A stretch of DNA of 45,677 nt from Sphaeroforma arctica JP610 (Eukaryota): positions 50,246 through 95,922 of the forward strand of contig NW_014040279.1 in NCBI RefSeq assembly GCF_001186125.1, read 5' to 3'. The position numbers and the translations under genes are program-made. The notes beneath the pieces are model-generated. The model saw only the letters and a list, made by a program, of their open reading frames with translations, was not told the DNA's origin and searched no databases. This document shows, one piece after another, positions 1 through 14,466 of the stretch. How positions within the stretch are numbered: position 1 is the first letter of the stretch; every line of letters starts with the position of its first letter.

Positions 1-1229
1 ATATATGCGTGTGTGTGTGTGCGTGTGCGTGTGCGTGTATTCATATACGTATATGTACGTGTATGTGTTCTGAGGACAATGTGTAAGGTGCAAGTATATT
101 CTAAAACATTGTTGGGCTTATGCGAGGGCCGTGAAGTGTTCCAGAGATTGTCTGCAGGTTGTTGAATCGTTGAGATGTCTAGCATCATCAGTCTACGAAG
201 GCATGTGCATGCTGTTTGTGATTAAGTACAGTCACATAGACGTGAGTGGGGTAATAGGCGCGGTTAAGTGGACATTAATCCTATACAATATATAGCCAAT
301 CGAGCGATAGATCATGCACAGGCTGATGCTCTTTGCTGCTGTGAAGCTATGCTTGCGGGGAGCTGGCGAGGGGTGTGTGTGTGAACCATCAACATTGTCG
401 CTAATATCTGTTAGGCGCAAGCTTGCTGTGTATGATATATGCATACTGTGGCCGATCCTACAGAGAGGGGATGCTCGATGAAAAGACAGTGAACAGGCAT
501 ATGTGGATAGCCATGATTTCTTTGCGGGGGTGTCATAAGATGAGAGATGCGTAAGTGAGGGGTAATGAACGAGCGTACGAGATTAGCTATGGTTTCTTTG
601 TGGAGATTAGCTATGGTTTCTTTGTGGAGATGACGCAGAGGATAGCTAAATTGTCAGGCAGCCCTTCTCTGCAGGTTGTTTGGTAGTTATTGGTGTTTTG
701 GTGTCGCCCTGGTGGCAGAACTAATTGCGACTGTGTGAAAATCAGTGGCAACCGTGAGTTTCAAGTAGCGAGTGTGACGTATTAGCAGCGACTATTAGGA
801 ATCAGTGGCCACTGTGAGGAATTAGTTGCGGGTGTGTGGAGTTATTGGCGACTATCCTGCGTTCATGGTGACGTTGTGGAAATGCTAACTCCTTTTTTGG
901 GGGGATGAAAGGGTCGGAATATAACGGGTGATCGATGGCGATTGGTGCGCTGTGAGGGCATCGACAGCAGCAGCTTTATGCACGTAGCGTGTAACTCAAG
1001 GCAGTGAATAGTGAAGATGTAGCTCAAGGTGGTGTGGTGGTGGGAAGCGAGTTGCGGTCGCAATCAGTGGCGGTGCCTTATTGGTTTGGTTAGAATAGTT
1101 TTAGGGCCGTATAGATAAATAGCGAGACAATCGAACATTTTTAATATGTATAGTGATTAATTCTCTTTACTTTCGATCCGTACGCATGTGTATAGTTTAT
1201 ATATACACAGCGTATACATAATTTACTCA

Positions 1230-1445
1230 TAGGTTGTAGATAGTTTTTACACGTAGTTTATTTATTTCATACATAGTTTACGCACAGTCTTCATGCAATA
1301 GTTCATACATAGTTTTCATACATAGTTCTTATACACTAGTCCTTACATAGTTTTCATTCAATAGTTCATACATTAGTTCATACATGGCTTTCATACATAG
1401 TTCTTATACACTAGTTCATACATAATTTTCATGCATCAGTTCATA
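1230..1445. repeat. Degenerate short tandem repeat (TTCATACATAG-like)
   Basis: Many copies of ttcatacatag(tt) variants. Confidence 0.7.
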
Positions 1446-1640
1446 CATGCAGATCTCCTCAGCCCCGATGTTGAAAGCCAGTAGAAACTATACACAGAAA
1501 TACAGTAGTAGCTTTCTATGATGCACACACATGCAGATCTCCTGAGCCCCGATGATTAAAGCCCGTAGAAACTATTCACAATAGTACAGTAGTAGCTTCT
1601 ATGATGCTCACACATGCAGATCTCTGGAGCCTCGATATAC
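1446..1640. repeat. ~84-bp tandem repeat, ~2.3 copies
   Basis: catgcagatctc recurs at 1446, 1530 and 1613, and the sequence between copies is near-identical. Confidence 0.85.
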
Positions 1641-1644
1641 GGCT

Positions 1645-1980
1645 CAGGCAACAGCTTAGATCTCAAGAGAATAAGGCAACAGACTATATCTTATAAGATT
1701 ACTTCTGAGCAAATAAGGCAACAAATCAGATCTTATGAGATTACTTCTGAGAAAATTAGGGAACAGATCAGATCTTAGGAGATTACTTCTGAGAAATTAT
1801 GACAACGGATCAGATCTTATGAGATTACTTCCGAGCAAATATGGCAACAGACTATATCTTATAAGATTACTTCCGAGAAAATAGGGCAACAGATCAGATC
1901 TTATGAGATTGAATGCTAAGAAATATGGCAACATATTAGAAGTTTTGAGCTCTAGATCTTAGAAAATATGACAACAGAAT
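1645..1980. repeat. ~42-bp minisatellite, ~7-8 degenerate copies
   Basis: Unit ggcaacagatcagatcttatgagattacttctgagaaaata; ggcaac at 1675 and 1717 gives a period of 42. Confidence 0.85.
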
Positions 1981-2569
1981 TCTGCCGAGATCCCGCTTCA
2001 GTTCTGGTCATAATCTAAAGCATAATTCACAACGGGAACAGATTAGAATTTGACTACTTTCAACACACGTTTTCGCATAGTTTGTTCGAGAGCACTCGTG
2101 GATAGAACTGCCACAGGTCCTCTGTTGTCACGACCTACATGGCTGTGCACCGGCTACACTCGAGCCTATACTGTCAGTACATGGCACTCTGCAGATGAAC
2201 GAATCCCGCGATTAAGAAGCAGCACAAGTACACCACTATATGTGCATCACAATGAAAATTTAAATTTATTCGCAACTATAGACCACATGAGTGCATTCTA
2301 ACAGCACTGATTCCATCCCCTCCACCCATGCGGAGCGACCAGTTATATTTACCGCTCGAACGGTTGTTTGCATCAGCGCGAGCGCTGATGTTTGCCCCGT
2401 ACGTCGACTAAGTTTGGCAACTCAATGGAAGCAACATACAAAACACCCACTCCAGAACAATCATCCATGTGGAAATGAGAATGTACCTCATGTACACGTA
2501 CATATACATAACACCTGTGCCTTCTACACACTGCACCACACACACTATCTCTCTCTCTCTCTCTCTCGC

Positions 2570-5500
2570 TCACGCACTCTGATGCTTACGCACAAACTCG
2601 CCCATGTCTTGGATAGCCTCTACAGCCTCGGGTAGGTAGGGTGCAAACCCTATGAACACGTGCACCCCTTTATTGTACACTTTGATTTGCACATCCGCGC
2701 CCTGTTCTTTGGCCATTTTGGCCAACACCACCGAATCGTCCAGAAGGACCTCGTAATCACCAACCTGTGGTGACAGAACGTTGTTTAAATATTAAAATAA
2801 GAGACATTGTGCAAGAAATATGATACCTTAGAAACGTTGTTTGAACGATTAAATGTTTTGAAAACGTTAAACAAATAACATGATACAACGTTGTACAAAT
2901 ATAAGGATACAATGGGCACGTTGTACAAATATTTGTACAAATATTAGAACACCGCTCATAGATTGCTGATGGATGATATATATATATGTATGTATATATA
3001 TATAATATATACACATATATAGTAGTGGACTGGCAGTAGTGTATAATTGCATACGGATGCAAGCCTACAGACATTGCGTTGTGACGTACTAGCAGAAAGC
3101 TGTGTAGAACATCTCATGGTCTCATCTTTTATAAGGTGTCGACGAGAAGAGAGAAAGAGATGATGGAAGAAATCACAGGGATGTATATTCTTTAACATTC
3201 TCGTACCTAAACCTCCCGAAGCATCTCGCGAACTTCCACTTTCAGTGCGAGTCAAGGGTTCAAAAAATTATATATATATACTTCGAGATTGGCAATGATC
3301 GATACAAGCATACATATGTGCAGTTTGTCGTGTGCGCCTTCGTGAATTTGATTCGATACAAACTTTAAAGTGGGTGTACATGATGCCACACAAAATTTCA
3401 CACAGTCAAAAACGTTTCTATAAATGGTTTGCGAGATACGCAAAAACACGGATAGGGCTGGTGTTAAAATGGCACCATACTATTCGTCCGGAATCCGAAT
3501 CTCTTCACATTCTAACACCAGTAACCAAGTGAACCAGAACATCACATAAGCCAAGTACAGCATGATATTTCGAAGTGAGCATGACAGGTAACTGTTTATT
3601 CTTTACTTCATAAAAATAGTACAACTACACCAGGTAAGCCTGCTGTCGAAGTTTGTATACAACTTGTGAAGCACCGCAACCACAAGGTAGAAACGCTATA
3701 CACACACCTTGGTATAAAAGTACCACAAAATAGTAAAGCACCACCACAAATTGGTAAAGACCATACACTAGTAAATCACCACATATCACACACTTATGAA
3801 GTACCACGAACTTGTGAACTACTGCAAAATATAAAATTACCACAGAATAGTGAAGTACCACATACCACACACTGTTCAAATACCACACACTACTAAAGTA
3901 CCATGAATTAGTAAATTACCACAAAATTACTAGTGAATTCTAAAGTACCACATACCACATACTGATCAAGTACCGCACCATACTGAAGTACATGACACCA
4001 GTAAAGCACCACATACCATAATGAACAAGGGTGGCGATTGGCTGTAGTCTCCAAATAGGGGGGATACACACGGATCCTTCAGACCGAGTTTACTGTCTAC
4101 AGCGGGTCCTGCGAATTCGCCGATCCCTATCAGTTGTTGCAGGCAGAGTACAAAGAAACTATTAAGTATATATACCGGTAAAAAAATATGTTTAAATGAT
4201 ATGTACCGTTCAAGCAATATTGTATATAGTATATCTTACTAATGGACACGATACACACGCCATAAAATTATTTCCAGGTAAGATATATACCCGTAGCTTG
4301 CTATCATCACCCCCCTTTAATCGTATGTTGCACATACCGTATACAGGGTGCAATTTTGGCAAGCTTGCTTCTTGCAAAATCGGGTCGACAGCCGCCCGAG
4401 ATTTCTGTTTTTCAAGAGAAAGAAGAAAAAAATCGGGTCTAGTTAATATCAAATTTTGCGTTCGGCGCCTCCGATTTCAAGCCGTGGTGAAGACATTCAC
4501 AGTCACTCGAAACCACACGACCCGTCCACAGCCGCAGACGCAGACTGGACAACGCATGTCCCATTTTCAGCAACATGCAAAAACAATTGAGACTTTCAAA
4601 TTCTGCATCCCGTAAAGATCAATATTCAACATAACAAGCAAATGAACCATGGGTATCAAAGAAAACAACTACTAGTGTGTTGCAGATACATGCACACACC
4701 GTGAACGCATCAGTATCGCGCGTGTGGCATATACGGACACTCGATCAGGCACTTCAACTTCTAATCGACCGCCGCAGACAGAGAAACAACCTCATTCAGC
4801 TCAAATGTGATGCGTACATCTTATCCACGCACTCTAAAGCAACGGTATAAGCAAAATTAGGACCTTTGTAGCTTCAGGTTTGCATAGTCACATCAGATGC
4901 ACAGACACATACATCGCATACAATAAGACGACAGTCCGCTGTGAGCAATGAAGCACCTCGCGCATTATTTGAGAACTTTGTACACAGAAGCACAATTCAA
5001 TGTTCGAACACAGCCATAACACATCATATCATATCACATACACACAAACAAACACCAGACACCGTAACATGTCGCACACAGGGGATGACAAATCGCAGAT
5101 ACTTACAAACGATTCGCCCTGCTGGGTCCAATCCGTCACCGCAGACACCGGCATTAGCCCATTCGGTTTACGAATAGCGTGACCGTCTTTCTCTTGCGCT
5201 CTAAGGCGTAGGTACGTTGCCAGTGTGAGATTGCCACCAGCGCTATCTCCGGATATGAACACGCTCTTGCATACTGCTTCGCCCTCCGGCCCGTTTTTAC
5301 ACAGCCAGTTGTACGCCTGAGGAGATGATACGTGAGTGTATGAGGGTGTATGTGTGCTAGGTTGATATAGTGTACACATGCACACAAAATGTTTTCCCCA
5401 ACTATACTATTTATAGAAAAATCTACTTGATGGTACGTCTGTGAAAGTACACGTGCTTGTTACAAGCCTACGAGCTCTAGTATACACAGCATTGTAGTAG

Positions 5501-7732
5501 CCTCTACATATATGATTCTGTTGAGAACTTCGCTTCCGAACAGTTAGATAAACGTTAAAGTAGCTTTTACATATATCATTCAGTGTAGAACCTTGATTCT
5601 GAATAGTTGGGCACAATACCCCTTCCACAACAAGATAAAGCTAAGGATAGCCATACCCGATAGGAGACGCGTAGGTGCGAGAGAGGCCTCTACCCAGTGC
5701 ACAAATTTGTGGTTCATCGTCGCCTACGATCAGGCCAGTGTATTCATCTTGTGGATAAAGAAACGTTCACATATGTACCGAGTGCGGGCGGGATTGTATA
5801 TCTGCAGTATGTATGTGTGCGGAGGAACCTAGTGGGTGTTCGTTTGGAGAAACACAACACATGGACCACTTCTATGTGTCTGAATGAATACACTGTACTG
5901 TCGCACGAGCACTGTATGAAGCCATACACTCCAGTAACAAAACCTGATCAAAGCATGCATGTGTGTAACCTGGATTTGTAAATAAAGCCCATTCATGTAA
6001 CAAGTTAAAACCTGAATAAAACACAAAACTCAAGAACGAAGGGATTTGTCAGCCAAGTGCTAAGTGCATGTGTATGAATGCATGCAACTATAGCTGTGGA
6101 ATGATAAGCACGCCTGCACGTACAATGGCCACGACCCCTCTAATACTCAGGTTTAGGCACAAAAGGCTCGTTAAACCCAACATGGCAACAAGCACCGAGT
6201 CTACCTACACAGACGTGTATATCGCTAACTATACCAGATGTACGCCCATTTACACAGATGTACACCCCCACGGAGGCTGCAGTTGCGTGAATATGAATGA
6301 ATATTCAAACGATGATCTACCATACTTTCATTATATATGCATCTCTAATCATGAAAAATTGTCTATCGAAACCCCAATCTCTAAGCCCTTCACTACGCCG
6401 ACCCGATACTCGCTATATTAATATTCACATCAGAATGTAGACAAGCGTTGACTACGCTCTCATAAAATGTCTCCCCATCAGAAACAATGCACGCACCTTC
6501 ACACAGTCATTCAAACCCTCCGGGTACTTATATTCTGGCGCAAGCTTGTAGTCGATGGCCAGCACTGCACATCCGGTGGACTCTGAAATATGCGAGCACA
6601 CGTACTGGTACGCTGCGGTATTCCCGGAACACCAACTGCCACCGTGGATGTACAGCAGGCGATTGGCGGTATCACAGCTGCATGGGTCGAAATAAAATAG
6701 CAGGTTCAATCAAGAAGTTACGGCCCAACAACGAAACACAAACAGACCAACGGCAAAATGTGACCAACACAGTATATGGTAAATAGGGATTTTAGACTAC
6801 ACCGTACACAAATTAATACAATTGCTTGCGAGCTGCTTGGCATTTAGCACTTGCGCTCGGGCTTGCCTCTCGTTGCCGCATTTACAATCCGACAATATAT
6901 ATATATGTATATATTCAGCCACAAATGCATGCGTACAGCTCATACCCTGGGGCTACCACCCAACGGGATTCAATACCATCCGCAACCACAGGCGTGACAG
7001 AGGTGCCTTCTATCAACGTCTGTAAGAAGATAAAAATATACATATAAATACACGAACATTGATTTTGTGTTGATATAGACTTTTTTATAATTATGTGTCC
7101 GTAGACTTATTGAGACACTTGCCCACACGCGCATTTTATAGTATCCTATTCAACTTTCACTAATTCTGGTACTACGTGCTTGAGCAAAGAATGCACCTAT
7201 ATATATATATATATATATATATACTCATCGTATGGTTTAAGTTGTCATCGATTCACCACAGTACCAGTACTCTTTGTAGATACAATTGTCCATGATAAAG
7301 GCCACGGGCTCGATTCAATTTACAAGCATGAGCCTTAATAGTATAGTCACATGTGCACGATTGCAGATATGTGTACCTACTGTATATCTGCCTATTCCAT
7401 ATATCCACAGTGTATCTACCTATGCCGTATATCCGGTGCAACAATGAACTCACTCTGCCGTACTAGGAAGTGCGTTGATCTAGGAATGCTAATGTTATGT
7501 TATGGTCGACTTGGCCCAAAAACAACAACTTAACACAGAAACCAGAGTGTTAGAAACGTCGTATATCAGATACGAACAAAGCTATATACAAAACATATAT
7601 GAGTCATACGAACAGGATATATACACCCATATATACGAATTATATCAACAGATGCATATAAACGCATATGTTTGAATCATACGAACAGAGACATTGATAC
7701 GCATATATACATATATATATATATGTATACAA

Positions 7733-7788
<56 letters not shown>

Positions 7789-8059
7789 CTAAGTAAGTAG
7801 TCGTTACTACCACACTATATATATATATATATATATGTATACTACTATACGACACGAAACGTACACTCATATAGTNNNNNNNNNNNNNNNNNNNNNNNNN
7901 NNNNNNNNNNNNNNNNNNNNNNNNNNAACAACGAGACTATACGTACACGACTATATATATATAGTAACAACTAGACAACAGAGTTATATACTACTACTAT
8001 ATATAAACCAACTAACCCAACGAGACTATAGTACACACATATAACGAACAGAGCCATAT

Positions 8060-8104
<45 letters not shown>

Positions 8105-8998
8105 TCATAGAAGAACTTTGTACACGCATATATATGGATCATACCAACAGAGCCATATACACGAATGTGTATGAATCATACGAACAGAGATATATACACG
8201 CATATGTATGAAATAGCCAACAGAGTTACATTACACGTATATATCCATGAATAATACCAAATAAGCTATATGCACACATACTTATGAATTGGGGAAATAT
8301 AGTGTTGAAGATTTTTTCATTTGTCACTCGATCTGTTCTCTCAAATGATCTTGGTTCCGCGAATCATACAGAGCTGTGCATTGCATCCACGCAGATGAAA
8401 TACATGCTACTCTATAGCGAGTGTATGGTTCACTAGCAGTACGATATACTAACATATGCAGAGCGCACAATTTGTATCCGAAAATATTCACGTACTTATA
8501 TATACTGTTCACTATGAATTTACCCTCTACAACCTGTTGTTTTCGCGCAGCCACACATACTGCTACATCCCGACAACGAGGCCAAACATACTAAAATATA
8601 GCGTCTGCATAGCTCATAGCCCAATACATGAACGTATAACCAGGAAGAACCAGTCCATAAATATAAAACAGCATATCAGCAGAGAATTGACGTTGCAGCA
8701 TGCTGCAAATCAGCGGAGATATACATTACACATGTACAGTTGTGTCTGCTGCTATTATAGTGTACGATTTATTAACCATCCCGTGTACGCACCCATGTAT
8801 CCCCGCACCTATGTACACGACTACTAAAATGCACACCGTTTACAACGTTTTGGAACATACAGTACAGGAAGGATCCACCAGGAAAAACTCGTCCAGTAAT
8901 TCGCGCCTGTGGTGCACATCCCTTGCAGTGGACAAGCGACTGTACAATTCAGTCAGATGGTCACGGACCGCCTCAAATGGATAGGTACCAGAAGTCAT
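2570..8998 (-). CDS. Alpha/beta hydrolase, HSL/GDXG (Abhydrolase_3) esterase/lipase, spliced
   Basis: Phase-consistent GT-AG exons (minus): 8998-8861, 7019-6946, 6677-6497, 5316-5107, 4404-4338, ~4127-4017, 2764-2570. Motifs: LLYIHGGSW oxyanion, AIDYKLAPEYKYP, GDSAGG nucleophile, SPLFGD, VGDYEVLLDDS, GVHVF catalytic His. The first exon is least certain and small extra exons are possible. Confidence 0.88.
3680..4016. repeat. Intronic degenerate tandem repeat (aagtaccac...)
   Basis: Repeated aagtaccaca/ataccacat motifs that begin right at the donor of the hydrolase exon ending at 4017. Confidence 0.7.
7545..8285. repeat. Intronic degenerate repeat (gaatcatacgaacagag...) interleaved with (TA)n
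   Basis: Recurrent catacgaacagag(c/a)catatacac motifs. The region spans an N gap. Confidence 0.6.
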
Positions 8999-9060
8999 TG
9001 CAAGAGAGGTTTAGTGTTCAGAAAATTTAATGTGTATATGCAGTGTGTACGCAATCTATA

Positions 9061-9100
<40 letters not shown>

Positions 9101-9697
9101 TATATAATGATGTATGTATATACTGGTATATATGACTGTGTGTAGGACTTTATGGCTTTTGTATCCCTGGTGCTATTTATTTCCTGGTAGGCGGGTATTG
9201 CCCTATTTAGAAATGATGTCATACTTTATGACGTATCCATAATTCTGATTGAACCAAATATGTTTGTATGAACGATATTTTAACCCAACTACGAATTCTA
9301 TTAGTACACAGACCAGTTGCAACTGATCACTGATATACACCCGAGTATATTCATATACACCCGAGTATATTCACACATGATTGCCTTCAATGTCTACTCA
9401 TGTCCAGCAGATTTTAAAAATGGATGACGTCATTTATGGTAGTTTTTACTGCCTGCTCACACAACACTAAGATGAGCCTTCTAAATATTAATCAGACAAA
9501 TATTCATATGTGCTCTCCTACAAATTAAAGAAGCATTTGCACAAATAGATAAAAATACACCGCTCAGGACAGATTCATCAAGAAGCGTAGATAAACTCCC
9601 TGTGCGAGAGAAGGTATCAGTACGATCCTTGATAATAATATATAACACACACACATTTTCACGATTATCGCTATCGTTTCTATAGAGATATATAATT

Positions 9698-12606
9698 ATG
9701 CCGAAATTAGTAGGCAAGACAGTGCGTGTGGTAGAGGGTGGTGGTCTGTGCATTGATGAACTGATAGGCAATGTTGCCTCCAAGAGCGATAGAGTGTCGG
9801 TTGCCATGGTTACCGCTGCTGCCGGGACTAGCGAGCCCTGGTTGACGCTGCACTCTGACGAATGGATCAACGTGGCGAGTGGGAAACTGATGTTAGAAGT
9901 AGAAGGCAAGGCTGATATGTATGTAGCTCAGGGTGAAACCGTGCTAATCGAAACAGGCACACGGTTTAAAAAATTCTTTGTAGAAGACACAGTATATATA
10001 CCGGTGTGTGTACCAGCTTTCACGCCTGAACGGTGCATACGCGAGAATACTACCAATGAATACCGAGCTATCTCCACTGGACTCCAGGTGCACCATAAGA
10101 AAGAAGAACCAGCCAGCTCACAGGTATAACTATTGCCATTCCACATCATCGCGTATATTTGATCGTGGGCGAGGCTATCTTGTGTGCAGTTGTGTACGTG
10201 TACCTCTTGAGAAGAATTTTAAAATCGCGAATCGAGGCTCTGCGTAAAAACAAATGACCAGTATACAGGTACAGCTACAGACCATCTCAAGCGTAACACC
10301 ACACAGATAGATTAACTCAAAGCGATGTAAAATTTGTATCAACCTAGTGCGATGCAACTTTATATTAATTTCGAGTGATACAATTTTGTGTTCATCAACA
10401 ATTGAATTGCGGGCGGAGTTGCTTATGTGCGGCTGTGTACGAATATCTGTTTACATTACGTATGTTCTATTTGGAGGAAGGCTCGTACATTCAAATTATA
10501 TATATAAGACCTTGGGCGAGGTTGCCCAGTATGTGTTCTTATGTACGTATCCCTTTGGCTCGCAATTATTCGGATGTGCATATATGTGTGTATAATATGT
10601 GGAAATTTTGAGATAAATATACGTGGGCATATAATATTGGATATATTGTATACAAATCATATGTAATATGAGCTGTTCTCAGACTGTGCAGGTACACGTG
10701 TTTGTACATATGCGTGGGCGCGTGCGCGTAGATGCCGCCGTTGTATAGTTTTCACTCATGTTTTTAGTTTTCAGTCGCCTACTGTACCGACCTTACAAAC
10801 TTTGACAATTCTTTATGTACTTGCATACAAACACAATATGCTAATACTCATACACAAATCTGGAGTCCATATGTCTGCGAATCATGGATATCACGTGTAG
10901 AATGTATCCGAAAAGTACAAGAATATATGACATATCTATATACAGTAGGAAGGGAAACACGCTCAGTCGAATCTAAATGGTGAAACATATTCAAATATTC
11001 TTTTTTGTGTACGCTCACTGTTCACGTTCCAAAGTATCCATCAACCAATGCATATAGATCAATTGGATATACGTATAGTATATCAAGTATTATTGTCCGT
11101 AGTATATGTTTATGTTGCACATGACGCGACAGTCACACTTACGTAGTACTGTATTTGTAACATTCTTACAATCTGTGTCTATCTCATCTATCTGCACACC
11201 CTTGTAAAATGACCTGTGCATGCATGAACCGTACTAGTACAAATACGTCCTTGCTATTTGAGGTAGTACAGCTTGTAGATCTCTTCGACTGCCGGCGTAT
11301 ATAGATGCAACTGGCTTTAGGCACACCCAATCAAAATTTCCTTCACGTATACTGATCTATGGTGCATTATGTGCCATTGTGAGTTTCTATACTGAAGAAT
11401 AGTATACGGAAGCTCTTATTTCAGAGTGCTGAAGAATAGTATTCAGAATCTTTTTGATTCAGGGTGTTGATCGATGTTCGTTTTTATCTACCGTTCCTTT
11501 CGTATGAATTTCATCATTATCTCATCTCCATAAATAGCTTTAATATGCGATTTCGCAACGCTGAGTCACTGTATTTAAAAATGGCAGCAAAAATTAGCAT
11601 GTATGTAACATCCAAGCAATTTCTAGCTGGAGTAGAATCAACCCATAGTTGGCCATTGGTGCTTCAGTACAACGAACCGTTGGCAACATTTCATTATATC
11701 TCACCCGTGTCTGTCTTTGAAATTCCACACTATATATATGCATAGGATTCAATTGAAACGAAGCCCGAAGTTATCTACCACATGACCACCAAGGCTGAAT
11801 GGGAGGAAGTAAAGAAATCTGGAAAGGCCTACTACCCTGCTACATACGAGAAGGATGGCTACTTCACACACGGCACAGGGGTACCCTCACGGTTGATAAC
11901 CACCGCTAACAATTTTTATCAGGTGTGTATATACTACCTGGAAAGGTGCATTGAAACTGTGAGTGTTAATTTGGTTCGCACGGGTCAGGTATCTTAACGT
12001 GGCGATGTTTGAGTATGGGATTAAGCATTCCCTACACAGTGATACATTTAATATATCGCTTACGTACGCAAACGGTTGAGAATCACAGTCAGTCATTGCG
12101 ACGCACTCGTTACAATCAATACTACACAGTATGCGTGCTGTTTTCTTGCTTTTTGCTCGCACTCTTAGGTTTGCTCTAGAATATAATGTGGGATGGTTTG
12201 TTACGAAATGTCACGAAACACTGCTGAAAATCCTGTATGGTATGCAGACACACTTGTACGCTCTCGCCACAACTCAGAAAGGGTCTTTTTCTTTGTGGTC
12301 TGCTAATTTCAGTGCTGTATACGACCACTTTCAACGCAATACCAATTTTAACATTCACTTATGTTCTCACAGGATGTTGCTGGCGACTGGCTGTGCCTGA
12401 AATTCACCCGGACGGCACTGTACAATGCAGGTATACACGTTAAAGATGAGGAAGCTATGCCGGTAGGTGATAAACAAGCAGAGAATCAGGGGGCAAAGTG
12501 GATATTCCCGCATATCATTGGCGGAATACCTCCACACGTGGTGACTAAAGAGTACAAGATGGTGAGAGACGGTCGCAAGTACGTGTCCATTGAGGGCCTG
12601 GCGTGA
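9698..12606 (+). CDS. Cupin (EutQ-like) + DUF952 fusion protein, ~278 aa, 3 exons
   Basis: Exons 9698-10123, 11746-11922 and 12373-12606, all phase 0 with GT-AG. N-half is cupin-like (IDELIGNVAS...EPWLTLHSDEWINVASGKLMLEV). C-half has DUF952 motifs (VIYHMT..EW, YEKDGYFTH, ANNFY, WIFPHIIGGI). Confidence 0.8.
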
Positions 12607-13359
12607 AGTTAGATATAAAAATCACAACGTGTACATACGTTTGTCTGTACTGAATCGTAAATAAATTCATTTTAGAACTGATCCACATTTATAAGCATAT
12701 AGCCAGGCAATTCGCTGGGTTGTACTTGGTACACAGCATTTGCACCACTTAAGTGATGCTTATGTGTACCCATACAGATGGCAATGCTTCTACGAATAAC
12801 TGGTCGTACCCTCATCGAAAGTTGGCTGGTATACGAAAACATTTTGTTTGCTGCTTACTATTCGATTGAGAACATTACTAAAGTAAAAACCACTTAAGGT
12901 GTGATAGTTGGAATGAGAATCGGTAGTTACCACCTAAAGTAGATACAACAAAATTAACAAGCAAGATTGGAAAAATGAGCATTGCGTTTAGCATAAGCCG
13001 AAGTGATTTATGACTATGTATGTAGCTCAGACTACTTTTGTTGAGTCTTCAGTCGGCACTATAGCACCCAAAAAAAATCACCTGACCTTCTAAGAGGTCT
13101 CCCATCACTATGTGACAGGCTTACGACTACATAGAGTATTTCGTAGTTACCGCTACGTCGAATTTTGATCAATATGTACCCAATTTAATCTATAGTTGAG
13201 TTCACTACCTATAACTGACGAACCAATTGTGAATTCCTTTTACGTAAATTCGGCTTGTTTCGGGCTAGTTAAAACTGGTATACCTAGCTCCCAGAGTGGT
13301 ATGTGGTCGAGACCCTGCATCTCCGATCAAACCTTCTAACAATCGGCTTTACACCTTGT

Positions 13360-13760
13360 CCAATATGTATTTGCATCAATGTAAATCCAATCCGATATGT
13401 ATTTCAACAGATTCCAAGCTAGGTGTACCGATTTCATCTAGTATGTATTTATACCGATTATGACCTAATCTATTATGTATTTGCAACGATTCTAACCTAC
13501 TAGTATAGCATGTAAATGTACCGATTTATACCTAGTCTAATATGTACATGTGCTGATTTTATTAGTTGACTATTTATTTATACCATTTTTAACTTATTCT
13601 AGTATGTACTTGTGCCGATTTTAACCTAGTTTAGTATGTGTACGTACCGATTTCAATCTAGTCTACTATGTATTTGTACTAGCTTTAACCTATTTTAGTA
13701 TGTAAATGTATTAATTTTAATATTGTTTTTAAATCAAAGCCTAATGTGTAGTTGAACCGA
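13360..13760. repeat. Degenerate ~30-35 bp tandem repeat
   Basis: Recurrent accgattt(t)aacctagtctagtatgta variants. Confidence 0.65.
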
Positions 13761-14466
13761 ATTATATTTCTATTGTGAAATTGCATACCTTATACTGACA
13801 ATGCATAGCTGGATCTATATAATATACTGACTAGCGTCATTGTAGAGGATTGCCATATGGAGTCGTGGATTAAGACCACACAATCACATCCACAACTCAC
13901 AAGTTGCCACTCCTCCAAATGTAATCGAAAATTTGGCGCGTCATCATCAAACTAACTGTAGTTTACGACACAAGCACCTAATTTCCTGTCGTAAATATTG
14001 ATACAATATTGAATATTCTTTGGTATGGGCTGCCCCGCCAAAACTTTTAGGTCATAGGGTGATTTTACGACATGAAAAGCAATGCACGTGTACAAAATAC
14101 ATACATAGCTGGGATTCATAATCGCTAGTATCAGATCTCAGGACAGCGTACAGCACAGGGCAAAGGTTGCAGTCTTTGTAGAAGTATAGGACGATCTCCC
14201 CGTAGTTACTCTAATTGGTTATATATATATATATATATGAATATATATATATATATATATATACACAAACACACAATATATATATATATATAATTATATA
14301 CATATACATGTATATAAATACACACACATATAGTTTTATATATATATATATATATATATAGATATACATATATTTATACATAGGGATTGACAGCCACCAT
14401 ACATATAGATAGTGCTTGTACGCACACAAATCACTAGTACATCAATCCTAATATACAAATATCAAG

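Noticed and set aside
1..1100. Possible exons of a gene extending off the left edge
   Set aside because: No recognisable protein motif or consistent splice chain could be built. Only short local duplications are visible (e.g. gattagctatggtttctttgtgga twice near 580-630).
1645..1980. CRISPR-like regular repeat
   Set aside because: Units are head-to-tail with no unique spacers, there are no cas genes, and the context is eukaryotic.
7250..7490. Extra small hydrolase exons (e.g. ~7480-7454, INALPSTA)
   Set aside because: The phase is not compatible with the flanking exons without further unseen exons, and 8861 to 7019 already splices in frame.
13065..13125. ggtctcccatc resembles the reverse complement of the 5S rRNA internal box
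   Set aside because: Only ~11 nt match and the rest of a 5S gene is not recognisable.
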